Below are positions 14,276 to 29,829 of a DNA stretch of 64,000 nt, one piece after another. Made by a program: the position numbers and the translations under genes. This stretch comes from the human T2T-CHM13v2.0 reference genome, Homo sapiens. The notes beneath the pieces are model-generated. The model was not told where the DNA came from. It searched no databases and worked only from the letters and a program-made list of their open reading frames with translations. Location: the NCBI RefSeq assembly GCF_009914755.1, contig NC_060943.1. One strand, written 5' to 3'. Position 1 is the first letter of the stretch. Each line of letters begins with the position of its first letter.

Positions 14276-14359
14276 CTGGTCACCCAAAAACCCACAACAA
14301 CAGGTGGACCTTGTGGCAGGCTTCAATACGAATCTGAGCTTGAATGATGCTTTTCTCAT
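14276..14359 (-). other. ZNF558: Predicted ZNF558 5'UTR exon 2 (84 nt)
   Basis: Long poly-T tract then cag| acceptor, CAG|gtgagt donor. Confidence 0.72.
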
Positions 14360-14746
14360 CTGAAAAAAAAAAAAGACACAAAGATTTCTTTCGAGGCTTT
14401 GTATAGGTTGTACAGTTGTTGGATACGGCTGCCGGAAACACCATCCCATTCACTTTTTTTGGGTACTCAATGATTAAATGTGTAATAAGGGCCCAGCCTG
14501 TGGGCCATGACTGGCTTTACCTGATTCCCATCTGGCCATCTGCTCCGTAAGAGGGGAGAAAGCAGCTTAACGCTGTGTGCATTTGACTTGCTCAACTTAC
14601 TACGCTGGAGAGAGATTCTATGGTGACTCCACAGGCTTTAAAAATATCTTGTCACTTAGAGGCCCTATTAAGTGACTAAACTGAATTTTTAACAATTTAT
14701 GTAGTTTATTCAGAACTGCAGAGATTTTTTTTTTAAGGCCCTAGAG

Positions 14747-14968
14747 CAGGGTTTCCCAACCTGGCACTACTGATAATTCTTTGTTGTGGGGGACTGTCCT
14801 GTACAACGTAGGATCTTTAAGAGCAAGCAGCGTCCCTCTTCCCCGGCCTCCACCCTCTAGGTGACAGTAGCAGCCTCCCCTCCCCACAATTTGTGAAAAC
14901 CACAGTCGTCTCCAGCTACAGCCAAAAGTCCCCTGGGGTGCGGAATCGCCCCGGGTGAGGGCGACTGG
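14747..14968 (+). mobile_element. MER20-like hAT element at the CpG-island edge
   Basis: cagggtttcccaacctggcactactga...tgtcctgtac...gccaaaagtcccctgggg...gactgg. Confidence 0.75.
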
Positions 14969-15165
14969 GGTTCCCTGAGGAGGCAACAGCGGCGCGGGGC
15001 CCCGACCCAGGAGCAAGCAGCAGCTTCGTGCTGACCTAAGCTCACAGCCCGAGGCCTCATGAACCGAAACACGGCTCCCTGGAGGGACGCAGGGCCCGTG
15101 GCTGGCGGTGTCCGCGGCCCACGTCGCCCCCTGGACTCGGACCCGAGCCCCCGCCAGTCGCTCAC

Positions 15166-15290
15166 CGAGCCCGGCCCCTCCCGCGGGGCCAAAAGCGCCG
15201 ACTCGCGGGGACGGAGGGACTCGCTCCCCGCTGCCCCACGCGCGGCCCCTCCCACGGTACCGCCCCGCGCTTCCGCTTCCGGTCTGGGGA
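15166..15290 (-). other. ZNF558: Predicted ZNF558 non-coding exon 1
   Basis: Donor TCG|gtgagc at 15165 within the CpG island; TSS approximate. Confidence 0.65.
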
Positions 15291-15339
15291 GAGGTGCGCT
15301 GCACGTCCCCTTCCGGCTCGCGCGGGCAGCCTCGCAGAG

Positions 15340-15479
15340 TCGAGCGTGTTGGGGGTTCGGCGCTTAGGCGACAGGCGCGGCGGGCGGGAGCGGCGGCCGC
15401 GAACCCCAGCCTTGGGCAGAGGTGTTCTAGTTTGCTTAGTGGGCACAAAGTTGGGCCCTGGCCTGGGGCAGTAGCGGGG
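15340..15479 (+). other. MBD3L1: Predicted MBD3L1 non-coding exon 1
   Basis: Donor GGG|gtaagg at 15480; start approximate. Confidence 0.55.
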
Positions 15480-15489
15480 GTAAGGTTGG

Positions 15490-16055
15490 CCCTGGGGGCG
15501 GGGCCAGGCTGTGAGCCGCACGAGGCCTGGGGGCGGGGCTGGTTGTGGGCGGAGATAAGTTCCGGGGCGGGGCTGAAGGCGGGGAACCGGCTGAGGCCGT
15601 ACCAGGCCTGGAGGGCGAGGCTAATTGGGCAGAGACCAGTTCCAGGGTCGGGGCTGTGGGTGGGGCCCAGTTCTCGGGGCGGATGGTATAAGGCTTCTAG
15701 AGCGGGGATGACTGAGCAGAGACCAGTTACAGGGGTGGAGACCTCCATTTCCGGGGCGGGGCTGAGCGGGAACCAGGCTGTGGTTGTGACAGCCCTGGAG
15801 GTTGGGGCTGGCTGTGGGCGGAGATAAGCTCCGGGCCGGGCGGAGGGCGGGGACTAGGCTGTGGGTGTACCGGTCTTGGAGGGCAGTGGTGATTGGCAGA
15901 GAGCAGTTCTAGGGGCGGAGCTATGGGGTGGCAGCAAGCCTGGGGGCGGGGCTGACTGTGGGCGGAGACCAGTTCTGGGGGCGGGACTGTGGGCTGCACC
16001 AGGCCTGGGGAGGGGGCAGTGGGTGGAGACCAGTTCCAGGGGCAGGGATCTGGGT
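15490..16055. repeat. Degenerate GC-box tandem array (about 30-40-bp units)
   Basis: Repeated GGGGCGGGGCT...GTGGGCGGAGA(C/T)(C/A)AGTTC and ...ACCAGGCCT units. Confidence 0.75.
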
Positions 16056-16661
16056 ATGAATAAAAGGGTGTATGATGTGGGTGGGTTGGGATAGGCCCAG
16101 GAGCCAGGATTGTGGGAGATCAGATTCAGGGGTAGGGCCTTCCTTGGATCCCTAGATTGTTGATACAGTTACTGCCCCATGTTCATACAACCCAATAGGA
16201 TCAGATTATGTATGCACATTTGTCTATAACTTGCTTTCCCAAGGCAGAACATAGTGATTTAACACTAAGAGTTTAGGGGAGCAGGAGAGGACTGGGTCAT
16301 AGATACACATATAGGAAAACTTAAGAATGGTACAAAGTCAGTCAAATATTCTCCCACCACGGTCTTTCAGTTCTTTTGCTCAGAGGCAAAAATAATTTTC
16401 TCCTCTATCTTTCCAGATATAGTGTGGACATGTATGTGTGTGTATGTGTGTATGCCGTAGTCATATTCATGGAATAAATGCTATTACCTCCCCCCCAACA
16501 AGTCTCTGTTTTATACACCATGGATATAGACTGAACAAAATAGGTAAACGTCCTTGCCCTCAGAGAACGTGCATTTTAGTTGTGAGTTGGGCAGGAGAAA
16601 TGGACAGTGAATGTGATAAATAGAATACATGGTGGGTTGGTGCGTTAGATACCACTAAGTG

Positions 16662-16989
16662 CTGGTTGGACCTGGTGGCTTACGCTTGTAATCCCAACAC
16701 TTTGGGAGGCCGAGGCAGGCAGATCACCTGAGGTCAGGAGTTCGAGACCAGCCTGCCAACATGGTGAAACCCCGTCTCTACTAAAAATACAAAATTAGCC
16801 GGGCGTGGTGGCGGATGCCTTGTAATCCCAGGTACTTGGGAGGCTGAGGCAGGAGAATAGCTTGAACTCGGGAGGTGGAGGTTGAAGTGAGCCGAGATTG
16901 CAGCCGGTGCACTCCAGCCCGGGTGACGAGCAAGACTCCATCTCAAAAAACAAAACAAAACAAAAACCAAAAACCATAAACAAAAAAAG
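16662..16989 (+). mobile_element. Alu
   Basis: Alu consensus. Confidence 0.9.
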
Positions 16990-17285
16990 ATACTGGTAAG
17001 TGCAAAGGGAAAAAATTTTATGTAAGAGAGTGGTAACATTTAAAATCAGCCAGGAAGAAATACTTTCAATGAATGATATTGTTTCATGCACCCGTCCTTT
17101 CAGAAAAAAATAGTTAGATCTCTGCTTCCCAAAAATATCCATTTTCAGGTGGCTGAAGGAAGTTTAAGCAAAAATGAACAAGTTCAAAATTCAATATACT
17201 AGGAAAGTTCACTGTGGAAAGACTGTTCTCTTCAACAAATTGTGCTGGGACAACTAGATGCCAATATACAAAAGAATGAAATTGG

Positions 17286-17680
<395 letters not shown>

Positions 17681-17997
17681 TCAAAATAGATCATAGACCT
17701 AAAGGTAAGAGCTAAAACTATAAACTTCTTGGAAGAAAACATAGGTGTCAAACTTTGTGATCTTGGGTTAGGCAATTGTTTCTTAGATATGACATCAAAA
17801 ACAGGTGGCGAAAGAAAAAATATATAAATTGGACTTAACATTAAAAAACATTGATGCTTCAAAGGACACCATCAAGAAAAAAGACAAACATGGACTGGGT
17901 GAAGACATTTACAAATGATTTATCTGATACATGACTTGTATTCAAAATATATAAAGGCTTGCGACTCAGCAATAAAAAGATACCCAATTAAAAGTGA

Positions 17998-18315
<318 letters not shown>

Positions 18316-19284
18316 TGAACAAAGAGTTCGAATCGTCATTTCTACAAAGAAGATACACAAATGGCAAATATATACATGAAAAGATGCTCGGCCCCATTAA
18401 TCATTAGGGAAGTTAATATCAAAACTTCAATAAAATACTACTTCACACCCATTGGGATAATTAAAATTAAAAAGATAGCCAATAACAAAGATTGGCAAAG
18501 ACAAGGAGAAATTGGAATTCTTATACATTGCTGTCAGGATTGTAAAATGGTGCACCCACTTTGCAAAATAGTTTGGCAGTTCCTCAAAAAGTCATAGAGT
18601 TGCCACGTGACCCAGCAATTTTATTTCCAGTATATGCCCAAGAGAAATGAAAACGTGTTCACATGACAGCTTGTACATGAATGTTCATAGCAGCATTATA
18701 CATAATAGCCCAAAATTTTGTATGTCCCAAATATCAGTCAACTGATGAATGGATAAATAAAATGTGGTATATCCACACAACGGATTATTATTCATCCATT
18801 AAACAGAATACATATTCCATGGATGAACCTTGAAAACATTACGGTAAGTAAAAGAAGCCACTCATAAAAAACCCACATTTTGTATAATTCAATTTAAATA
18901 AAATTTCCAGAATAAGAAAATCCAAAGAGACAATAGATTAGTGGCAAATGTTGGGGAAAAGGGAAATGAGGGGAAGTGGGTAATGGTATGGATTTCATTT
19001 TAGATGAAAATAAGATTAGATAGTGGTGACGATTGCGCAACTGTGTGAATGTACTAAAAACCATTTTACACAAAAGTGTAAAAACTGTACACTTTAAAAG
19101 GTTGAATATTATGGTAGCTCAATAAAGTTTTTATTTAAAAAATGTAGAATTATACACATAAATTCTTCAGTTAGGCAAAATAAGAGAATAAAAGTGGAAA
19201 AATAAAATACTACATAAATATGAGTGCTTCTTCCTCAAAATAATAGAAGAAAAGTGGAAAAAGTAAAATACTACAAAAATGTGA

Positions 19285-19748
<464 letters not shown>

Positions 19749-20921
19749 AAGTGTATCTTAATTTTCCACACCATCACATTATTAAATGGCAAAACAAACT
19801 GGGGATAAATAATTGTAAAAATCTATGACATGTGGGCTCATATCATTATTACATAAAGAATATTTTGGATAAATAAGCAAAAGATGAACAAGCCAGTAAA
19901 AACATCATCAAAGACAAAGGCTATGAACCACACACTCCTTTACAAATACATACAACTGCCCAATACTCTAATTAGCAAAGAGGCATAAATTAAAATAATG
20001 GCATTATGTTTGTGCCTCTCAAGTAATGCAAAACATTTTAAATGGCCAGTTTGTCAAGACATGAAGAAATGAATGACCTCGCCCTCTGCTAGCAGCATTG
20101 ATAAGTACCAGTTTCTCAGCAGGTACTTGGTAACATATACCCAAAGCTGTACGAATGTGCATATTTATCAACCCAGCAATTTTACAGTGATCTAAATCAG
20201 AGAAATGTTTGAACCTTGTTAAAAAGGATTGATCATCTACCTCCTATTTAATATGACAGAAGATTAGTAACAATGGCAAAATAAGTACTGGTGTAGCCGT
20301 ATGAAATGACATTCATGGGCCTTAAAACAACAATGTCAATGTACATTTAGTTATATTAAATTACAATCGGGATATATTGTTAGATGTGAGAAGCTGGCTG
20401 CAGAATGAAGTCGGCAGTGTGTATCCATGTTGTAACCCACAAAGTCTAGGAATATAAAATTCCAGGGCTCGACAACCACTTAATGCCTGGACCCTTTCTG
20501 CCTCGAATGGGGGTGGCTAGAAACTTCTCTGGCTGGAGGGCAGAAGGCAGAGTGCAAAGTTTTGCCTCAAGCCTTGTGACAGGGATAAAGACCCTCACCC
20601 TTCACACTGGCCTCATGGACAAGACAAGTTCTTGCTTTCCCACAGAGTACCTGAGATCTGAGGATACTTTATACTCTGATAGTCACTTCCGGCTACCTTA
20701 ATTCTGCTAGAGTAAAAACAACTAGTAGCTTCCACCTAACCAGATGACGCATAAAATAATTGCTACTAAATATTTCATTCCATATTTTGGTTAGTAAGGA
20801 AGAGAAGGAGGTAAAGAAACTTGAAGTGAAACAACTGGAAGGGACCAAGATGGAGCAGGCAGAGTTCCTTATACACAGGAGACAGCAAGGCTGAAATTCT
20901 ACCCAGAAGATCAGCAGCCCT

Positions 20922-21206
20922 GGCCAGGCACGGTGGCTCACGCCTGTAATCCCAGCACTTTGGGAGGCCGAGGCGGGCGGATCATGACATCAAGAGATTG
21001 AGACCATCCTGGATAACATGGTGAAACCCCGTCTCTACTAAAAATACAAAAAATAAGCTGGGCGTGGTGGTGCACACCTGTAGTCCCAGCTACTCAGGAG
21101 GCTGAGGCAGGAGAATCGCTTGAACCCAGGAGGCAGAGGTTGCAGTGAGCCGAGATCGCATCACTGCACTGCACTCCAGCCTGGACGACAGAGCAAGACT
21201 CCATCT

Positions 21207-21248
<42 letters not shown>
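20922..21248 (+). mobile_element. Alu with about 42-nt pure A tail
   Basis: TSD aagatcagcagccc. Confidence 0.93.
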
Positions 21249-21250
<2 letters not shown>

Positions 21251-21616
21251 TCAGCAGCCCCACTATCACCTTCCTCCAGGGCAAGGCCACCTGTGGAAAT
21301 GACAGATGTCAAATAATCCCCAAAGGAATTGCTAAGGATGGAGATGTCCCATGGAAACAAACTGCATATTGCCTAACCCTCTCCCGAGGACATGGATATA
21401 TTGAGATAGTAAATGTTTTGAAGGCTATGCAACTCTGCAAACAACCAAGCATGCACAGAACACAGGCTGTCTGGTGATAACTCCTAGATAAGCACCAATA
21501 TAGCACCTCAGCCACAGATGGCATGCCACACACAATGAATTCTAAAAGTCTATTTTAACCTGCGATGGCCAACATATTCTCATGTGTGCATGCAATCAAT
21601 GTAAAAATTATTGAGA

Positions 21617-22001
21617 CGTTTTAGGTGCGACTGGCTGGGGCTGGCATTGTTGGTGGTAAAATAATTTCCCAAGACAGTCGTAGGTAAAGAAAGACAGATT
21701 TATTAGAGAAGATATGAAGATAGGTTGCAAGGATGCAACAGGCAGCACAGAAGAGAAGGGGCCATTTGCAAAGAGGCAGAGGTTGGAGGGGATTTTATAG
21801 GGTCGTGCTGGAGGCGGCTATGTGCACGTGAGGTGTGCAGATAAGGTCGTGTTCCTGGGACTATGTGCAGACCGAGGTCTTTTGGAACAGAATGTCATGC
21901 CAGTGGGTTGTTTGCAGTTAGCCATCTCTCAGAACAATTGTTCTCCCCCAACCAGGGGCCCTTTCCTTGTTGTTGGTTACTTATCTTATTAGGACTCCAC
22001 A
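21617..22001 (-). mobile_element. ERV1-class solo LTR (MER48/LTR21-like, subfamily uncertain)
   Basis: Minus strand begins TGTGGAGTCCTAATAAG, carries CCCTATAAAA and AATAAA; flanked by TGAGA on both sides. Confidence 0.75.
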
Positions 22002-22094
22002 TGAGACCTTTTAAATGATTTTTGTTTTTTGTAATGAGTTCCAGAAATCCAGTTCGTACTTTCCACTGATGGCACATCTCAATTTGCGAGTTGA

Positions 22095-22465
<371 letters not shown>

Positions 22466-22887
22466 ATATTTAGATTTTCTAGGGTTCACAGCTGTAAAGT
22501 AAGATTCACATGTCCAGGTTGTTCCAAGCATACTTCAAAGCTTTCCACTTCAAGAGTCATGTCAGATGAATAATGAGAATTCCTTTGGGATCTAACAACA
22601 AAGGGGTCATTGTGGCCTTAGCAACAGAAGCAGCTGAGAACGGTGAAGGAAAACAGAAGTTTGGGGTGGCCTGAGGAGTTGCTGGAGGTGAGGAGATAGG
22701 AGACATAGATGTAGATGATCTTTTCTCAGTGGTTCATAGCTAAGGGGAAGGGATAGGCAGTAGTGGTGAAGGAGGGGGTCCCAGGAAGTTTAGGAGAGGA
22801 GTGTCTGTGTAGCTCGGAGAAACTTGAACATGTTTAAATGCCGAAGAAGGGATTCAGTAGAAAAACAGAAGTTAAAGATATGGGGGC

Positions 22888-23245
<358 letters not shown>

Positions 23246-23271
23246 TCACTCTTGGTGGATAAAGGAAACAT

Positions 23272-23570
23272 ATTTATGTATTTATGAGACAAGGTCTTGC
23301 TCTGTTGCCAAGGCTAGAGTACAGTGGCCTGATTGCCGCTCACTGCAACCTCGACCTCCTGGGCTCAAGCTATCCTCTTCACTCGGCCTCCCTCACTCAG
23401 CTGGGACCTCAGACATGTATCATCACCCCCAGCTAACTTTTTAATTTTTAGTAGAGATGGGGGTCCCCCTACGTTGCCCTGACTGGTCTCAAACTCCTGT
23501 GTTCAAGTGGCCCTCCCGCCTCAGCCTACCAAAGTGCTGGGATTAGATGTGTGAGCCACCATGCCTGGCA
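23272..23570 (-). mobile_element. AluJ-like
   Basis: Diverged Alu consensus. Confidence 0.88.
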
Positions 23571-23848
23571 GGAAATCTCTTTAAATACAATTAAAGGAAA
23601 TTTGGAAACATTCAATGCTTATCAGGGATATTTGCAGATTTGGCAACTAACGTCTTTGGGAACCATCAGGTAAGTTAAGGAGAATTAAATATCTATGAGG
23701 AAAAAAGAAAGCTGGAGAAAATTTTGCAACAGGTTTTGGGGAAAATCAAGGAGTAAACATGACAGTGCATACACAGAAAATAAAGTTTCTACGCATGATG
23801 GATTCTTCCCAGTTGATGGAGAATATTTTGTATTTATAGTGGCACTAA

Positions 23849-23865
23849 GACGTCATGTCACGTGA
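23849..23865. promoter_or_regulatory. Adjacent CRE-like (GACGTCA) and E-box (GTCACGTGA) motifs
   Basis: Sequence aGACGTCAtGTCACGTGAtt, 15 nt upstream of the predicted MBD3L1 exon 2. Confidence 0.4.
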
Positions 23866-23880
23866 TTCTTTTTTCAGCAG

Positions 23881-23965
23881 TGATCATATGACGGTGGTAG
23901 CCATGGCGTCACAGAGAACAGGGACCTTCCAAGTTTGAAGTTTTACAAGGCAGGTGTGATAAGTG
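23881..23965 (+). other. MBD3L1: Predicted MBD3L1 5'UTR exon 2 (85 nt, NAGNAG acceptor)
   Basis: ttttttcagcag| acceptor, GTG|gtaagg donor; unique sequence between Alus. Confidence 0.62.
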
Positions 23966-23993
23966 GTAAGGAATTTTGGATTAATCTAAATGA

Positions 23994-24298
<305 letters not shown>

Positions 24299-24513
24299 TC
24301 TAAGGGAAATATTGAGGTCGCAGACCACAGAATCCAAGAGTGCTAGGAATCAGAGGAGAGAGAGGAAGGTGAAGATACGGAGGTCCGGAGTAATTCAAAT
24401 ACCCAAATCACAGATACTTGCTCCTCAAGGTATGTTCATCAAGAACAGGTATCTATGGTATGGGCATTTGAATTAAAAAACCTGGAAATCAGAAATTTAT
24501 AGTGGGTGAATAA

Positions 24514-24822
<309 letters not shown>

Positions 24823-25010
24823 AGAATTATTTATTTTTGAGCATGGCTGTTTGGGTTGCTGAAAATGTCTGGGGTGTGGGATTAAGGCTCAAAGAGCAGA
24901 GCAGTTGATAATTTCATTATTGACTTACAAGCTGCAGGAACTGTGCAAACCAAGAGGTCAATGTGTTAACCAGATGAATAGTCAAGTAATGCATAAGAAT
25001 GGCAGGATTT

Positions 25011-25301
25011 GGGCTGGGCACGGTCGCCCATGCCTGTAATCCCAGCACTTTGGGAGGTCGAGGGGGGGTGGATCACTTGAGTTCAGGAGTTCCAGACCAG
25101 CCTGGACAATATGGTGAAACCTCGTCTCTACAAAAACCACAAACAGCCAGGCATGGTGATGCACGCCTGTAGTCCCAGCTACGCGGGAGGTTCAGGTGGG
25201 TGGATCACTTGAGCCTGGGGAGGTAAAGGCTGCAGTGAGCTGTGATTGCACCACTGCACTCCAGCCTGAGTGACGGAGTGGGACAAAAAAAAAAAAAAAA
25301 A
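25011..25301 (+). mobile_element. AluJ-like
   Basis: TSD ggca(a/g)gatttg. Confidence 0.9.
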
Positions 25302-25624
25302 GGCAAGATTTGAGATTTAGAAAAAGACTGTCATATTTGTCATGAGAGGGAGTATCAGGACTTGAGCATTTAAGAGTGACAAGGGCAGAAAGAGAATAAA
25401 ATAGTACTCAAACAAGGAGGGGGTTTGCAGGATGATGAAGGAGATTTTGACCTTGAACTTTCTGTGCTTGACTCAAATCTGCCTGATGATGTCCCAGGAA
25501 GCAGGTCAGACCTATCCCCAGAGGGAGAGAGGAAGGATGAAAGTCCAGAACAGCTGAGATCCTTGTCCTGAGAAGGCAGGCTTCATTGATCAATTTGACC
25601 CCATTTCATGATTTATTTTAATAG

Positions 25625-26230
<606 letters not shown>

Positions 26231-26257
26231 GAAAAAAAGGGAAGATAGTGCAGATGA

Positions 26258-26263
26258 AATAAA
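26258..26263 (+). terminator. MBD3L1: MBD3L1 polyadenylation signal AATAAA
   Basis: AATAAA 27 nt after the stop, T-rich tract downstream. Confidence 0.8.
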
Positions 26264-26413
26264 GTGTAATCCTTTATTAACATCTCTTTGCAGTGTCCCC
26301 AATGAGGTTTTTTTGCTTTAAGCTCTTGAAACTTTAAAATATGCCAATACTTAAAAAAAAAAAAATTAGGCTGGGTGAGCACCTAAGAGCACCTAAGTAA
26401 GTAAGCTCAGAAC

Positions 26414-26718
26414 AGGGTGCGGTGGCTCATGCCTGTAATCCTAGCACTTTGGGAGGCTGAGGCGGGTGATCACTTGTGGCCAGGAGTTCAAGACCAGCCT
26501 GGCCAACATGGTGAAACCCCATCTATATTAAAAATACAAAAATTAGCTGGGCATGGTGGCAGGCACCTATAATGCCAGCTACTCGGGAGGCTGAGGCAGG
26601 AGAATCGCTTGAACCCAGAGGCAGAGGCTGCAGTGAGCCGAGACTGCACCACTCCACTCCAGCCTGGGTGACAGATTGAGACTCTGTTTCAAAAACAAAA
26701 CAAAACAAAACAAAAAAT
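26414..26718 (+). mobile_element. Alu
   Basis: Alu consensus. Confidence 0.9.
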
Positions 26719-26839
26719 TACACTCCTTTGTGTGACACAAGGGAATAAAGACAATAATTTCTTTTTGAGGTGAGAGATTGGGTTTCAGGTGGGCAGGGAA
26801 AGGAGATTTTTTCTTTTTCATGTTATACTCTCATTTTTA

Positions 26840-27510
<671 letters not shown>

Positions 27511-27691
27511 GTATTCTATCATTTTTAACACATCAATCTCAGAAACTGGTAAATCCATCAAACAAAAGCAAATTAATGATAAAGAGGACTGGAATAATTC
27601 AATAAGCTTGATCAGGCAAGTAGACAAATAGACTTTAACTCGTATTCCCAACAAGCAGAACGATGGTGCATCGTTAGATTCTTAACACTGA

Positions 27692-28049
<358 letters not shown>

Positions 28050-28479
28050 TGATTCAAATTTCAAACACATATAGACTTAGAGAATCAGGGAAAGTCTGGT
28101 AGTTCATTAAATGCAACTCTGAATTAATGGGCAATCAAGAACAGAAAAATAACTAGAGTTAGATAGCTTATTTGAGAACGTAGATATAAAAAACTCTTTC
28201 CTTAAATATTATTTTGGAATCCACTGGGATATTTCACAAAAATAATAATCAATTCTGATTGGGTAGGCTTTATCCTGTGATGATGAGGACAAAGCACTGA
28301 ATAATTTTATAATCTTGAGTACTGCCTACTGACTTTAAGATAAGTGAATTAAGTCAGACACAGATAGAAAATGATGCATTGACCTCACTTCTGTGTGGAA
28401 TCTAAAAAAAGTCATATAGACTGGATGTAGGCTATTGGTATTTTTTTTCAAGCAAACAAAACATTAAAACACATTCTAA

Positions 28480-28869
<390 letters not shown>

Positions 28870-28906
28870 TTAGGGAAGCTATAAATAATATAGATATTGC
28901 ACTCTA

Positions 28907-29197
28907 TTTTTTTTTTTTTAGAGATGGGGTCTCACTGTGTTGCCCAGACTTGGAGTGCAGTGGTGCAATCATACTGCAGCCTCAACCTCCTGGGCTCAAG
29001 GGATCTTCCTGCCTCCGCCTCCCTAGTAGCTGGGACTATAGGTGTGTGCCACCACATCCAGCTATTTTTTTCTTTTAGTAGAGATGGGGGTCTCATTATG
29101 TTGCCAAGGCTGGTCTCTAACTCCTGGCCTCAAGCGATCCTCCTACCGTGGTCTCCCAACATGCTGGGATTACAGGTTTGAGCTACTGTGCCTGGCC
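28907..29197 (-). mobile_element. AluJ-like
   Basis: Alu consensus. Confidence 0.88.
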
Positions 29198-29474
29198 CAT
29201 AGAACCATTTCTGACCCGTTTATGTCTTCTTGGTCTACTTCCCATTGTAGAGGACCCGTGAGGTGGATAATATGCCACCCAGGGAACACTAATCTGGAAA
29301 TTCTGGTGCATTTGAGTTTCAGAGAATGAAATAGTGGAAGAGAAACTTGCAACTGCCAGGGTTTCTTGGGGGCAGGGATGTGGGAATATAAAGGAACAGG
29401 ATGGGTGTGATGGCTGGTATAGGAGTCAAGGGTGGGTGTGTACTGAGTGACAAAGGTGGGAGACCTTACACTGA

Positions 29475-29808
<334 letters not shown>

Positions 29809-29829
29809 TGATGGCAATTTCTGTATCAG

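Larger units (their letters stand above)
14930..15900. promoter_or_regulatory. CpG island, bidirectional promoter of ZNF558 (-) and MBD3L1 long form (+)
   Basis: Very GC- and CpG-rich; ETS/GABP-type CTTCCG(G) at 15270, 15276 and 15310; many GGGGCGGGG boxes; divergent splice donors at 15165(-) and 15480(+). Confidence 0.88.

Noticed and set aside
14741-15827. Long ORFs (335 aa on -, 239 aa on +) over the CpG island
   Set aside because: Stop-poor GC-rich repetitive DNA, overlapping on both strands, no recognisable domain
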